The notes under the pieces: generated by a model
What the model saw: the letters and a program-made list of their open reading frames with translations, nothing else
Told to the model about the DNA's origin: nothing
Database searches by the model: none
Part shown: one piece after another, positions 37,235 through 47,631 of the stretch
Layout of the letters: each line of letters starts with the position of its first letter
Numbering within the stretch: the stretch's first letter is position 1
Made by a program: the position numbers and the translations under genes
Source: Acidimicrobiaceae bacterium
GTDB taxonomy: Bacteria > Actinomycetota > Acidimicrobiia > Acidimicrobiales > Acidimicrobiaceae
NCBI GenBank assembly: GCA_013044385.1
Contig: JABEUN010000068.1
Location: forward strand, 7,466-71,465
DNA length: 64,000 bases
Direction of reading: 5' to 3'

Positions 37235-38134
37235 GTGTTGACCGTGGAGTCGCAGCATAACGAGATCGGAACCGCAAGGGTAAAAAGAGGCTTGGCTGAG
37301 ATGCTAAGAGGTGGCGTCATCATGGATGTCGTCAACGCCGATCAGGCGAAGATCGCCGAGGATGCAGGGGCTGTTGCCGTGATGGCCCTTGAGAGGGTGC
37401 CTGCTGATATAAGGCGGGACGGTGGCGTCGCTCGTATGAGTGACCCTGCGATGATCGAGGAGATTCAGGCGAAGGTTACGATCCCCGTAATGGCCAAGGC
37501 TCGAATTGGTCACTTCGCCGAGGCGCAGATCTTGCAAGCCCTCCAGGTCGACTACATCGACGAGAGCGAAGTGCTCACTCCAGCAGACGAGGCATACCAT
37601 ATCGACAAATGGTCGTTCGAGGTGCCTTTCGTCTGTGGAGCTACGAACCTAGGTGAGGCGCTACGCAGGATCTCCGAAGGTGCGGCGATGATACGGTCAA
37701 AGGGGGAGGCAGGTACGGGCAACGTGGTCGAGGCGGTCCGTCACCTTCGGTCAATCGTCGGAGACATTCGGAAAATTACTGTTTCTGAGCCTGAGGAGCT
37801 TTTCGGACTCGCAAAAATCCACCAGGCACCGTATGAGCTGGTCGCCGAGATCAAAAGGACAGGAAAGCTGCCCGTGCCGCTTTTTTGTGCCGGAGGTCTA
37901 GCCACTCCTGCTGATGCAGCCCTTGCCATGCAGTTAGGTGCAGAAGCCGTATTCGTTGGTTCTGGCATCTTCAAGTCGGCCGACCCTGCCAAGCGTGCGC
38001 GTGCGATCGTCGAGGCAACAACCCATTTCCGCGATCCTTCAATCCTGCTCAAGGTGAGCCGGAATATCGGTGAGCCGATGGTTGGAATCGAAATGGACGG
38101 ACTTGAGACCAAGATGGCGGAGCGTGGCTGGTAG
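37235..38134 (+). CDS. pdxS: Pyridoxal 5'-phosphate synthase lyase subunit
   Basis: [45 protein letters not shown] is a near-canonical PdxS sequence. Confidence 0.95.
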   Translation: MLTVESQHNEIGTARVKRGLAEMLRGGVIMDVVNADQAKIAEDAGAVAVMALERVPADIRRDGGVARMSDPAMIEEIQAKVTIPVMAKARIGHFAEAQILQALQVDYIDESEVLTPADEAYHIDKWSFEVPFVCGATNLGEALRRISEGAAMIRSKGEAGTGNVVEAVRHLRSIVGDIRKITVSEPEELFGLAKIHQAPYELVAEIKRTGKLPVPLFCAGGLATPADAALAMQLGAEAVFVGSGIFKSADPAKRARAIVEATTHFRDPSILLKVSRNIGEPMVGIEMDGLETKMAERGW

Positions 38135-38136
38135 GA

Positions 38137-38751
38137 GTGGGGCTCAAGATTGGAGTACTCGCCGTACAAGGCGACTTTGCTGAGCATTCGAAAGCCTTGG
38201 TTGGAGTCGGAGCTGAACCGGTTGAAGTTCGGACCCCAGAGCAGCTAGACGGCTGTGCGGGACTGATTCTTCCAGGTGGTGAGTCGACCGCTATGTCGCT
38301 GCTGATTCGCTCTGCTGGGCTAGAGCAACCCATACGGGAGCTGATAGAGGCAGGATTGCCTGTCTTTGGTACCTGCGCTGGCATGATTCTGTTGGCCAGC
38401 CGGATCTCTGATGGGCGTGAAGACCAGTTGAGTCTTGGTGCAATTGATATATCGGTTCGCAGAAATGGCTTTGGGCGGCAGATTAGGTCATTCGAGTCTG
38501 ATCTAAGCGTGCGAGGAGTCGACGGTCCTGCTGTGCGGGCAGTATTCATACGAGCACCTGTCGTCGAAGAGGTTTTTGGGGACGCTGAGGTGTTAGCTTC
38601 GGTGGAGTATACCTTTGATGGTAAAGGGAGTCTGAGGGTGCCAGTTGTGTGTGCTCAGGGGTCGATCCTGGTCACATCCTTTCATCCAGAGCTCACAGAT
38701 GACCTACGTATCCATGAGATGTTTATGGTGATGATCGAAAGATCTAACTAG
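38137..38751 (+). CDS. pdxT: Pyridoxal 5'-phosphate synthase glutaminase subunit
   Basis: IGVLAVQGDFAEH...GTCAGMILL (catalytic Cys). It starts 2 nt after pdxS. Confidence 0.92.
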   Translation: MGLKIGVLAVQGDFAEHSKALVGVGAEPVEVRTPEQLDGCAGLILPGGESTAMSLLIRSAGLEQPIRELIEAGLPVFGTCAGMILLASRISDGREDQLSLGAIDISVRRNGFGRQIRSFESDLSVRGVDGPAVRAVFIRAPVVEEVFGDAEVLASVEYTFDGKGSLRVPVVCAQGSILVTSFHPELTDDLRIHEMFMVMIERSN

Positions 38752-38761
38752 TTAGGAAGTC

Positions 38762-39511
38762 ATGTCTGGTCACTCTAAATGGGCAACCATCAAGCATAAG
38801 AAGGGCGCGCAGGACAAGGCGAGGGGAAAACTCTTTGCAAAGCTGATTCGGCAGGTTGAGGTTGCTGCCCGCGAAGGTGGAGGAGACGTCAATTCGAATG
38901 CGACGCTGCGGACGATGTTCGGAAAGGCTCGTGAAGCCTCAGTACCTCTCGATACCATCGAGAGGGCTATCAAAAGAGGCACGGGTGAGCTTGAAGGAGT
39001 CAGGTATGAGCCCGTGGCGTACGAGGGGTATGCGTCGGGTGGGATAGCGCTAATCGTAGAGTGTCTCACCGACAATAGGAATCGAACTGGGGCAGACATC
39101 AGGTCGACTTTTTCTAAGAATGGTGGAGCGATGGCCGAACCTGGATCTGTTGCTTGGCAGTTTGATCGAAAGGGCCAGTTGGAGATTCCCAAGACTTTTG
39201 GCGAAGATGAGATCACCCTTGCAGCACTCGAAGCCGGAGCTGATGATGTAACAGACAATGGTGAGAATTGGTTGATCACGTGTGCGCCATCTGACCTTGG
39301 ATCTGTGCGTGCATCCATCGAGTCAGCAGGTTTTAAGGTGGTAAGTTCGGAGCTCGGCCTAGTCGCCTCGACCTTGATCTCCATAGAGAGCGAAACTGAC
39401 GCAAGGAAGGTACTCAAGTTGATCGATGCACTTGAGGACAATGACGACGTGCAGAACGTATTTTCGAATTTCGATATTTCAGACGAGATACTCGAGTCAT
39501 TGGAGGCCTGA
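38762..39511 (+). CDS. yebC: YebC/PmpR family DNA-binding transcriptional regulator
   Basis: MSGHSKWATIKHKKGAQDKARGKLFAKL is the invariant family N-terminus. Confidence 0.93.
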   Translation: MSGHSKWATIKHKKGAQDKARGKLFAKLIRQVEVAAREGGGDVNSNATLRTMFGKAREASVPLDTIERAIKRGTGELEGVRYEPVAYEGYASGGIALIVECLTDNRNRTGADIRSTFSKNGGAMAEPGSVAWQFDRKGQLEIPKTFGEDEITLAALEAGADDVTDNGENWLITCAPSDLGSVRASIESAGFKVVSSELGLVASTLISIESETDARKVLKLIDALEDNDDVQNVFSNFDISDEILESLEA

Positions 39512-39515
39512 AGAG

Positions 39516-39971
39516 TTGGAGTTGAAAGTTGGAGATAGGGCCCCGGACTTCACCCTAAAGGGAACTCCGGACGTGGACTACTCTTTGTCCAGCTACATCG
39601 GTGAGCCAGTTGTCTTGGTCTTCTATCCGGAGGACCATACCCCCGTATGCACGGCGCAGCTTCGTTCCTACTCGACTTCGCTAAGTGAGTTCACTGACTT
39701 AGGAGCGAAAGTCCTTGCAATTTCGCCGCAAGGCATCGAAAGTCATGAAGCATTCGCATTTAAAAATCAGATTGGATTTCCACTGCTTTGTGATGAGGAT
39801 AAGAGCGTAGCTGAGCAGTTTGGGGTTCTTGGGCCACTGGGATTCTATCGTCGTTCGGTGTTTGTCTTGGATCGCGATGGCTTCATCTGCTATGCCAAAG
39901 TGACTCGTGCTGGATTAACTTTCCAACCAACAGAAGAGCTGCTTGAAGCGGTTACGAAGCTACAGCGCTGA
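39516..39971 (+). CDS. bcp: Peroxiredoxin (Bcp/AhpC-TSA family)
   Basis: GDRAPDFTL...VVLVFYPEDHTPVCTAQL (peroxidatic Cys). TTG 39516 lies 9 nt after GGAGG. The track ORF start at 39426 would overlap yebC by 86 nt. Confidence 0.8.
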   Translation: MELKVGDRAPDFTLKGTPDVDYSLSSYIGEPVVLVFYPEDHTPVCTAQLRSYSTSLSEFTDLGAKVLAISPQGIESHEAFAFKNQIGFPLLCDEDKSVAEQFGVLGPLGFYRRSVFVLDRDGFICYAKVTRAGLTFQPTEELLEAVTKLQR

Positions 39972-40012
39972 TAGAGGGGTGATCGTCCCTCCCTTGGTGT
40001 AATATCGAACAT

Positions 40013-40510
40013 ATGTTTGTGGTAGGGGTGGATCCAGGTCTTACTAGATGCGGCTTCGCAGTGTTGGATTTCGAATCCAGAGATAGGATCATCTCGGCAG
40101 GGGTGTTGGAATCTGCAAGAGACCTCGCCATTCAGGATCGCTTAGCCTCACTCCACGCGGATCTGCTGGGCCTCTTTGGCGAGTTTCCTCCTTCGGTTGT
40201 GGTGGTTGAGCGAGTCTTGTTCCAGACGAACGTAAAGACAGCGATGAGCGTCGGTCAAGCAGCGGGTGTTGCTCTTTGCGTTGCCGCCATGTCCGGTGCT
40301 GAAGTGGTCAGTTACTCCTCGAATGAGGTAAAGTTGACTCTTTGCGGATCAGGTTCTGCCACCAAATCGGAGGTTCAGATGATGGTGCAGAGAGAGTTCG
40401 GGTTGATCAAACCCCCCAGCCCTCCCGATGTGGCCGACGCAATTGGCTTGGCACTACACCATTGGCTCTTGCATTCCCGGGGACTTAGTACTCCGGGCCA
40501 GCTGCGATGA
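40013..40510 (+). CDS. ruvC: Crossover junction endodeoxyribonuclease RuvC
   Basis: VVGVDPGLTRCGFAV..., 165 aa, followed by ruvA and ruvB. Confidence 0.92.
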   Translation: MFVVGVDPGLTRCGFAVLDFESRDRIISAGVLESARDLAIQDRLASLHADLLGLFGEFPPSVVVVERVLFQTNVKTAMSVGQAAGVALCVAAMSGAEVVSYSSNEVKLTLCGSGSATKSEVQMMVQREFGLIKPPSPPDVADAIGLALHHWLLHSRGLSTPGQLR

Positions 40511-41094
40511 TCTCCCGGTTGATCGGGGAGGTGGTCGAGATTGACACCGCTTCGTCGATAGTTTTGTTGGTGGGTGGTGTGGGATATCAGGTGACCTTGG
40601 TGCCCTATGAACTCGGATTACTTCGAATTGGTTCTGACGCCAATCTCCACATCAGAATGCTTACCAAGGAGGATGGCAGTTCACTTTACGGCTTTGCAAA
40701 TCGGGCCGACCGCGAGGCGTTCGACATTTTGAGGAAGATTCAAGGTATTGGACCAGCTGCAGCAATGGCACTTTTGAGTAGTCCAGGTAGGACAAGGCTC
40801 TGGACGGCAATTGGTGATGGTGATCTTGAGACGATCTGCCTAGCTCCTGGTGTTGGCAGGAAGCTCGCACAGAGAATCGTCACTGAACTCACTGGGAGAT
40901 TACCCGAATTCGGAGAGCCAAATACTGTCGATGTCAAAAGTAGCGCTTCTGCCGATTTGGATTCTGAGGTTGCACTTGCTCTAGGTGCACTAGGGTTCGC
41001 GAAAGTGGAGATCGCAGATGTGCTGGATATGGTCCCGGCAGGAGTCAGCGTTTCAGAGGCTGTCAGAATCTGTCTGAAAGCGTTGGCGAGATGA
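40507..41094 (+). CDS. ruvA: Holliday junction branch migration complex subunit RuvA
   Basis: MISRLIGEV...GVGYQV..., HhH region [13 protein letters not shown], and a 4-nt overlap with ruvC. Confidence 0.92.
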   Translation: MISRLIGEVVEIDTASSIVLLVGGVGYQVTLVPYELGLLRIGSDANLHIRMLTKEDGSSLYGFANRADREAFDILRKIQGIGPAAAMALLSSPGRTRLWTAIGDGDLETICLAPGVGRKLAQRIVTELTGRLPEFGEPNTVDVKSSASADLDSEVALALGALGFAKVEIADVLDMVPAGVSVSEAVRICLKALAR

Positions 41095-42221
41095 GTCCAA
41101 GGCGTGAGGTGCTCGGTACTGGTGCTGGCAAATCTGATGCCGATGGAACGAGTGCAGAAGGTGCCAAGAGACTGCTGGATGCAAGACCTGAGCAGGATCG
41201 ACTGGAGCACACAGCGGAAGGTCAGCTTCGGCCCAGGCGATTGAGTGAGTTTATCGGTCAGTCAGAGCTGGTTGCCAGAGTTAGCATCGTGCTGGAGGCT
41301 GCGCGACTGCGGGGCGAGACCTCAGATCACTTCTTGTTTGGAGGGCCGCCGGGGCTTGGCAAGACCTCTCTTGCCTCTTTAATTGCCAATGAGATGGGAA
41401 CGAATTTCAGGGTAACGGCTGGTCCGGCCTTGGTCCGCCAAGGAGATCTCGCAGCGATACTCTCTGACTTGCGCGAAGGTGACGTATTCTTCATCGATGA
41501 AATCCATAGAATCCCGCGAAATGTGGAAGAGATGCTCTACATCGCGATGGAGGATTACAAGATTGACATACTTGTTGGGAAGGGACCTACGGCGCGATCG
41601 GTGCGGCTTGACCTCGAGCCGTTCACCCTTGTAGGTGCAACCACAAGGGTCGGTATGTTAACAGGGCCCTTGAGAGATCGCTTTGGAGTAATCTGCCGAC
41701 TCGAGTTCTACTCCGTGGACGAGCTGACTGAAATCATCTTCCGGAGTGCGAGAATCCTCGGAATTGTTATCGAGCCGGATGCAGCGGGCGAAATAGCAAG
41801 ACGGTCTCGTGGAACTCCGAGATTAGCGAACCGCCTTCTCAAGCGTGTTCGGGATTTTGCAGCTGTCGCAGGATGTTCCGAGATCGGACTCGATCTTGCA
41901 AGAGAGGGACTCGAAGCATTCGGTGTGGATGAACTGGGCTTGGATAACGTCGACCTTCAGCTCCTGGGCCTACTTTGCAATGAGTTCGCCGGCCGGGCGG
42001 TTGGCATCGCTTCACTGGCGGTATCCCTCGGCGAGGATAGAGAGACAGTTGAGGACTTCTACGAGCCGTACCTTGTACAAAGGGGCATGGTGCTTAGGAC
42101 GCCAAGAGGGAGAGTGGCAACTGAGAGAGCGTATCGTCACCTCGGACTTAGCTACGTGCCTGACGTGACTGGTTCGTTACTGTTCGATATCTCGTCAGAC
42201 ATCAATGCTGGGGATCTTTAG
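41091..42221 (+). CDS. ruvB: Holliday junction branch migration DNA helicase RuvB
   Basis: [12 protein letters not shown]...[14 protein letters not shown]...FIDEIHR. Confidence 0.95.
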   Translation: MSPRREVLGTGAGKSDADGTSAEGAKRLLDARPEQDRLEHTAEGQLRPRRLSEFIGQSELVARVSIVLEAARLRGETSDHFLFGGPPGLGKTSLASLIANEMGTNFRVTAGPALVRQGDLAAILSDLREGDVFFIDEIHRIPRNVEEMLYIAMEDYKIDILVGKGPTARSVRLDLEPFTLVGATTRVGMLTGPLRDRFGVICRLEFYSVDELTEIIFRSARILGIVIEPDAAGEIARRSRGTPRLANRLLKRVRDFAAVAGCSEIGLDLAREGLEAFGVDELGLDNVDLQLLGLLCNEFAGRAVGIASLAVSLGEDRETVEDFYEPYLVQRGMVLRTPRGRVATERAYRHLGLSYVPDVTGSLLFDISSDINAGDL

Positions 42222-42241
42222 CCGATGCGCAGGGATTTTCG

Positions 42242-43603
42242 TTACATTCTCCAGTTGGCGGTTGCATAACTAGTCGCAGAGACTAGTAAAGGTGCAATTG
42301 TTTCGAGCATTCCGTCTGAAACACAGAGTGTGATCCTTATATGCTCTTGGATTGACTCTGTGAGTTTGAAGTCTGATCCTGGAGCTACGATGATACCGTT
42401 GGTGGCAAGTGAGAGGATTGCGCTTCTTTCATTGACAACTGGAACCCAGATGTTCAGTCCGTCTCCACGCTGGTTTTCTGTGAGGCCGGGTATCTGGAGT
42501 AGAGATTCAATACTTCGTCTCCTTATCTGGTAGGCGTGCTTAGCGTCCTCCACTTGTTCTAGGGCCTCGTCATCTAGTAAAAGATTCGCCAGGAGCCGTT
42601 GAAGTGCCCGAGATGACCAAGCTGGGCCGAGTCGCCGCCGTTCTTGTAGTTCATCAATGAGCTCGGCGGGCCCAAAGATTGCAGCTAAACGTAGGTCCGG
42701 ACCATGTGATTTAGAGAAACTCGCTACGTACGCAGTTTGCCGAGGTAAGAGGTGAGCAAGTGAATTGAGCTCCCTGCCAGATATTAGGGCCGAGTGATCG
42801 TCCTCGATAACTGTTACTTGTGGAGCATATTTTGAGATCGCTTCGACAATATCCCGCATCCTCTGGTCGTTGCGAGATGCACCGGTCGGGTTTTGAGCCC
42901 TTGGTTGGCTGATAATCACCTTTGCGCCCATTGTCAAGGCCGATATCAATGAACTAACCGTCATTCCGTGCTCGTCAGTGTCGACAGCGAGAATTCTTCC
43001 TTGGTTTGCTTCTACCAGATCGAATATGGCCGGAAATCCAGGATCCTCCACCGCAACGAGGTCACCCCTGGTGGTAGTTATCGACAAGAGGCGGTCGATT
43101 GCGTCGAGTGTTCCATCAGTGATCGTGAGGGAGAAACCGTCAAACTCTGGTTCGAAAATACCCCTTAGAGCCTTCTCTAAATTGTCTAATACCGGATTGT
43201 CGAGATATGAGTATGCGCTGAGATCGTCGATTCCCTTGAAGTGCCTCGGTTGGATCTTGGGAAGGAGATTCCTATCTGGGAATCCCGTCGAAAGTTCGAT
43301 GGCCTCCACGCCAGGGTTGAAATGAGGTCGCCACCGTATGTTGTTCGACGGACGAGTCTGTTTTACGACGAACGTACCACTTCGACCCATTCCTCTCAGA
43401 AGTCCTTTTTCGTTAAGCGAACGCCAAGCGGCGGCGACCGAACTTGGGCTCATTCCAACGAGCGTTGCTAGTTCCCTCACTGGAGGGAGTCGATCTCCAG
43501 GTCTAAGTCCGCCATCTGCTACCAGCTCTTCGACCATACGAATGAGTTCCCTAACCGAATTTACGGATCCATCGGTGAGTCTCTCTGGCAACTTCTGTTC
43601 CAT
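42242..43603 (-). CDS. MocR/GabR-type regulator (GntR wHTH fused to a PLP-dependent aminotransferase-like domain)
   Basis: N-terminal LPPVRELATLVGMSPSSVAAAWRSLNEKGLL, and a fold-type I AT-like C-terminal domain with SFSKSHG (PLP Lys). It is divergent from an aminotransferase operon. Confidence 0.85.
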   Translation of the reverse strand: MEQKLPERLTDGSVNSVRELIRMVEELVADGGLRPGDRLPPVRELATLVGMSPSSVAAAWRSLNEKGLLRGMGRSGTFVVKQTRPSNNIRWRPHFNPGVEAIELSTGFPDRNLLPKIQPRHFKGIDDLSAYSYLDNPVLDNLEKALRGIFEPEFDGFSLTITDGTLDAIDRLLSITTTRGDLVAVEDPGFPAIFDLVEANQGRILAVDTDEHGMTVSSLISALTMGAKVIISQPRAQNPTGASRNDQRMRDIVEAISKYAPQVTVIEDDHSALISGRELNSLAHLLPRQTAYVASFSKSHGPDLRLAAIFGPAELIDELQERRRLGPAWSSRALQRLLANLLLDDEALEQVEDAKHAYQIRRRSIESLLQIPGLTENQRGDGLNIWVPVVNERSAILSLATNGIIVAPGSDFKLTESIQEHIRITLCVSDGMLETIAPLLVSATSYATANWRM

Positions 43604-43740
43604 ATCGCCTTACTTGTGAGTGGTTGTTTGCTGAAGATCAGTATATGTAGTAGTACAAAAAACATTACAATACGTGTCACAGAATCTGATATGCTCCAAA
43701 ACAGGGCGTTCGTTGCCCGCAACCCTTGGGAGGAAGTGTC

Positions 43741-45051
43741 GTGTCCAAAGATCTGTTAGCTCGGCATAAGGCGGTAATGCCGTCGTGGCTGTCACTTTTG
43801 TACGAAGAGCCAATTGAGTTGGTGTCCGGTAGCGGTAGGCGCGTACTTGGATCCGACGGCGTTACCTACTTAGACTTCTTCGGGGGCATTCTGACGACTT
43901 TGTCGGGATACGGAGTGCCGGAGGTAGTTGAGGCGATCCAGGCACAGGCGTCAAAGATGATCCACTCGTCCACCCTTTACCTGATCTCACCGATGGTCGA
44001 ACTGGCGGAAAAGATCTCCAAATTGTCAGGTATCGATGGCGCAAAGGTGTTTTTCACCACATCTGGTACCGAGGCCAATGACGCTGCGCTGCTTCTGGCT
44101 ACCGGACTTCGCCGGTCCAATCAGATCTTTGCAATAAGGAATAGCTACCATGGTCGAAGCTTCTCCTCCTTGGCCGTAACCGGGAACAGGAGCTACTCTC
44201 CGACGTCGTTCAGTCCGTTTAATGTGACCTATCTTCAAGGTGGATCACGGATAAGGGGACCGCTCGCAAATCTATCTGACGCTGAATACCTTAGGCGGGG
44301 ACTGGAGGACCTCGAGGACATTCTGCAGACATGCACAGCCGGAAATGTTGCAGCGTTGATTGCCGAGCCGGTTCAGGGTGTTGGGGGATTCAGTCTTCCA
44401 CCGGATGGTTATTTTGGTGCCATCCAGGAAGTGCTGGCCAAGCACGGTATCCTCTACATTTCCGATGAAGTCCAGACCGGATGGGGTAGAACAGGCGACC
44501 ACTTCTGGGGCTATCAAGCCCATGGAGTGTCACCGGATATCATCACCTTCGCCAAGGGTGTCGGCAATGGTCTTGCTTTGGCAGGAGTCATTGCAAAACC
44601 CGAGATAATGGACTCGCTGGGAGCTAGTTCGATCTCGACTTTTGGAGGTTCGCCCCTGGCTTCTGCGGGTGGCCTAGCTAATATTGATTACCTCCTATCC
44701 AAGGACCTCCAGTCAAACGCACTCTCGGTCGGCAAGCTACTGCGTGATCGGCTGGTTGCAGGGACGCAGCACTCCAAGATCGTGGCGGAGATCAGAGGAA
44801 AGGGTCTAATGCTCGGGGTCGAGCTGTGCGAGCCAAGCAGCACCGTCCCGTCACCGAGCATCGCCTCTGAAGTCTCAGAACAGGCAAAGGCGAGGAAATT
44901 GCTGGTAGGGCGTGGTGGTATCGCAGGAAACGTGCTGCGACTTGCGCCTCCGATGTCCCTCACCGAAGACGAAGCTCTCGAAGGCGCCGAGCTGCTTTGT
45001 GCCGCTATTGCAAATGTAGAGTCGACTAGGGTTTCTGGATCGGAAGGATGA
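43741..45051 (+). CDS. Class III (omega) aminotransferase, probably beta-alanine / aminobutyrate / aminoisobutyrate type
   Basis: YLDFFGGILTTLSGYG, TSGTEANDAALL, DEVQTGWGRTG, TFAKGVGNG (PLP Lys). GTG 43741 lies 5 nt after GGGAGGAAG. The ORF is open from TTG 43726. Confidence 0.8.
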   Translation: MSKDLLARHKAVMPSWLSLLYEEPIELVSGSGRRVLGSDGVTYLDFFGGILTTLSGYGVPEVVEAIQAQASKMIHSSTLYLISPMVELAEKISKLSGIDGAKVFFTTSGTEANDAALLLATGLRRSNQIFAIRNSYHGRSFSSLAVTGNRSYSPTSFSPFNVTYLQGGSRIRGPLANLSDAEYLRRGLEDLEDILQTCTAGNVAALIAEPVQGVGGFSLPPDGYFGAIQEVLAKHGILYISDEVQTGWGRTGDHFWGYQAHGVSPDIITFAKGVGNGLALAGVIAKPEIMDSLGASSISTFGGSPLASAGGLANIDYLLSKDLQSNALSVGKLLRDRLVAGTQHSKIVAEIRGKGLMLGVELCEPSSTVPSPSIASEVSEQAKARKLLVGRGGIAGNVLRLAPPMSLTEDEALEGAELLCAAIANVESTRVSGSEG

Positions 45052-46556
45052 GTATGACTGACAGGGATATCCTGCAACATTTCATTGGCGGCAAGCTTAG
45101 GGCCTCCAATTCGGGCAGATTTAGTGAAGTGTTCGACCCAGCCACGGGTGCAGTTACGAAGATGGTTGGACTCGCGTCCATCGAAGAGGTGGATGAGGCA
45201 GTAAGCGCCGCCGAGACGGCGTTCGAAACCTGGGGTGACAGTTCCCTCGCACAAAGAACAAAAGTTCTCTTCCGCTTCAGGGAGATCCTTGAGGCAAGGG
45301 CGGATGAAGTAGCCAGGTTGATCACCTCCGAGCATGGCAAGGTCTTCTCAGATGCCCTAGGAGAGGTGAGGAGGGGGCAGGAGGTTGTGGAGTTCGCCTG
45401 CGGCATCTCATCGCTTCTCAAGAGTTCCCTTTCGGATCAGGTCTCGAGAGAGGTCGATACGTACTCGATACGCCAGCCACTCGGTGTAGTGGCGGGAATT
45501 ACTCCTTTCAACTTTCCCTCAATGGTCCCCATGTGGATGTTCCCGATCGCGATTGCGGCGGGTAACACATTCATCCTTAAGCCTTCTGAGAGGGATCCTT
45601 CGGCATCGCTGCTTCTGGCTGAGATGTTTGCTGAGGCAGGACTGCCAGACGGCGTGTTCAACGTTGTTCAAGGTGACAAGGTCGCCGTTGATCGAATCTT
45701 GGCTCACCCAGCCATCCGGGCAGTGAGCTTTGTTGGATCGACACCCATTGCAAAATACATATATGAAACCGCAGCCTCAAACGGCAAGAGGGTTCAGGCA
45801 CTGGGAGGGGCGAAAAACCACATGGTCGTACTGCCCGATGCAGACCTTGACCATGCTGCGGACTCCGCCGTGTCGGCTGCCTACGGTTCGGCGGGCGAGC
45901 GGTGCATGGCGATCTCGGTTCTAGTTGCGGTGGGCGGAATTGCAGATGAACTTGTAGACAAGATCGCATCGAGGATGAAGGGTTTGAAGATCGGTCCGGG
46001 TGTCGATCCAAGCTCAGAGATGGGCCCTCTGGTTACACGTGTGCATAGGGACAGAGTCGCAAGTTACATAGGATCGGCCAACGACGACGGCGCAACGGTT
46101 CTTGTCGACGGCCGTGAGCACCCACTCTATGGTGCCGAGGGCGGGTTCTTCCTTGGTGCATCTCTTGTCGATAACGTGACAACGGACATGGCTGTATACA
46201 AAGATGAGATCTTTGGACCGGTCCTAAGTGTCGTGCGAGTAGACGACTTCGACGATGCGATCAGGCTGGTCAACTCGAATCAGTATGCCAACGGTGCAGC
46301 AATCTTTACGCGCAATGGAGGCGCTGCGAGGAAGTTTCAGCGCAAGATATCTGCCGGAATGGTCGGGATCAATGTTCCGATACCCGTGCCGGTTGCTTAC
46401 TACTCTTTTGGGGGTGCCAAGGATTCACTGTTCGGGGATTCCCATGTTCACGGAGATGAAGGAGTGAAGTTCTACACTCGAGTCAAGGCAGTGACGGCGC
46501 GCTGGGCCGAGGAACATATCGCTGGTGTCGATTACGGGTTCCCACAGAACCAGTAG
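45048..46556 (+). CDS. mmsA: CoA-acylating methylmalonate/malonate-semialdehyde dehydrogenase
   Basis: ITPFNFPSMVPMWMFPIAIAAGNTFILKPSERDP and GERCMA are MmsA-type ALDH motifs. ATGA overlap with the aminotransferase gene. Confidence 0.88.
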   Translation: MSMTDRDILQHFIGGKLRASNSGRFSEVFDPATGAVTKMVGLASIEEVDEAVSAAETAFETWGDSSLAQRTKVLFRFREILEARADEVARLITSEHGKVFSDALGEVRRGQEVVEFACGISSLLKSSLSDQVSREVDTYSIRQPLGVVAGITPFNFPSMVPMWMFPIAIAAGNTFILKPSERDPSASLLLAEMFAEAGLPDGVFNVVQGDKVAVDRILAHPAIRAVSFVGSTPIAKYIYETAASNGKRVQALGGAKNHMVVLPDADLDHAADSAVSAAYGSAGERCMAISVLVAVGGIADELVDKIASRMKGLKIGPGVDPSSEMGPLVTRVHRDRVASYIGSANDDGATVLVDGREHPLYGAEGGFFLGASLVDNVTTDMAVYKDEIFGPVLSVVRVDDFDDAIRLVNSNQYANGAAIFTRNGGAARKFQRKISAGMVGINVPIPVPVAYYSFGGAKDSLFGDSHVHGDEGVKFYTRVKAVTARWAEEHIAGVDYGFPQNQ

Positions 46557-46608
46557 GCCGCTCGTTCAGCTAGCCTCAATGCCCGCTTGCGTGTGAAAAG
46601 GTCTGGCT

Positions 46609-47631
46609 GTGTCAACTGAAATCGAGAAATACAACTACTCGCTTCCTCGGGATTCCATCGCCCAAAGACCAGTCGAGCCGCGGAGTTCGGCTCGACTGCT
46701 CGACGGCACACAGGGTCCGCAAAGTATCGTCGACAGGACTGTCGCTGACCTGCCATCCCTTCTGAGACCGGGAGATCTAGTGGTTGTCAACGATACAAGG
46801 GTGATTCCGGCTCGGTTGAACCTCCTCCGGCGTAGCGGCGGAGTCGTGGAAGTCCTTCTCGTTGACCGAATTGGTGATTCGCAGTGGGAAGCCCTCGTCA
46901 AGCCCTCTTCGAGAGTGGGAGTTGGAGAGCGACTTTTGCATCGCGATGTGGAGGTTGCAGTAGTTCATGAGAGGCTATCGGAGTCAGGTACGCGACGGGT
47001 TGAGCTTCTCGATCCATCGTTCATTGACCGCAGCGGCAAGATTCCTTATCCGCCATATATTGAGTCCGAACCAGAGGACTCAGAGCGTTATCAGACTGTG
47101 TATGCGAATCGACCTGGCTCTGTCGCTGCTCCTACTGCAGGACTCCACTTGGATCGAGCCACTCTCGCCGGTATAGAGAGGTCTGGGGCAGACCTCGTCA
47201 AAATTGATCTTCGCGTGGGCCTCGGAACCTTCCTACCTATCAAGGTTGAAATGCTCGACAAGCATGAGATGCACTCGGAGAGTTACAGGATCGAACCCGA
47301 TGCGTGGAGGCGTATCACCTCGGCCCGTCGGGTCGTTGCAATAGGCACGACCGTAGTACGTGCGGTCGAGTCGGCCGCCGCAACCGGTGTGCTCGAGGGT
47401 AGGACGACGCTGTTCATAAGGGATAGTTACGACTTCAAGGAGATCGACGTGCTCCTCACCAACTTTCACGTCCCAAAGTCGACCCTACTTGTAATGATCG
47501 CTTCTTTCTACGGCGAGGGGTGGCGGAGCCTCTACGATCACGCTCTTGTAGCTGGATATAGGTTTTTATCTTTTGGAGATGCGATGCTGATTTCAAGGGC
47601 AGCCGGCAAAGCCGCGCCGGTAGAAGGATGA
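46609..47631 (+). CDS. queA: S-adenosylmethionine:tRNA ribosyltransferase-isomerase
   Basis: YNYSLPRDSIAQRPVEPRSSARLL...AAPTAGLH...FLSFGDAMLI. Confidence 0.92.
   Translation: MSTEIEKYNYSLPRDSIAQRPVEPRSSARLLDGTQGPQSIVDRTVADLPSLLRPGDLVVVNDTRVIPARLNLLRRSGGVVEVLLVDRIGDSQWEALVKPSSRVGVGERLLHRDVEVAVVHERLSESGTRRVELLDPSFIDRSGKIPYPPYIESEPEDSERYQTVYANRPGSVAAPTAGLHLDRATLAGIERSGADLVKIDLRVGLGTFLPIKVEMLDKHEMHSESYRIEPDAWRRITSARRVVAIGTTVVRAVESAAATGVLEGRTTLFIRDSYDFKEIDVLLTNFHVPKSTLLVMIASFYGEGWRSLYDHALVAGYRFLSFGDAMLISRAAGKAAPVEG

Noticed and set aside
39426-39515. Peroxiredoxin ORF start at 39426, overlapping the last 86 nt of yebC.
   Set aside because: The extension (MHLRTMTTCRTYFRISIFQTRYSSHWRPEE) does not resemble peroxiredoxin N-termini. 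A TTG at 39516 with an upstream GGAGG gives a normal-length Bcp.
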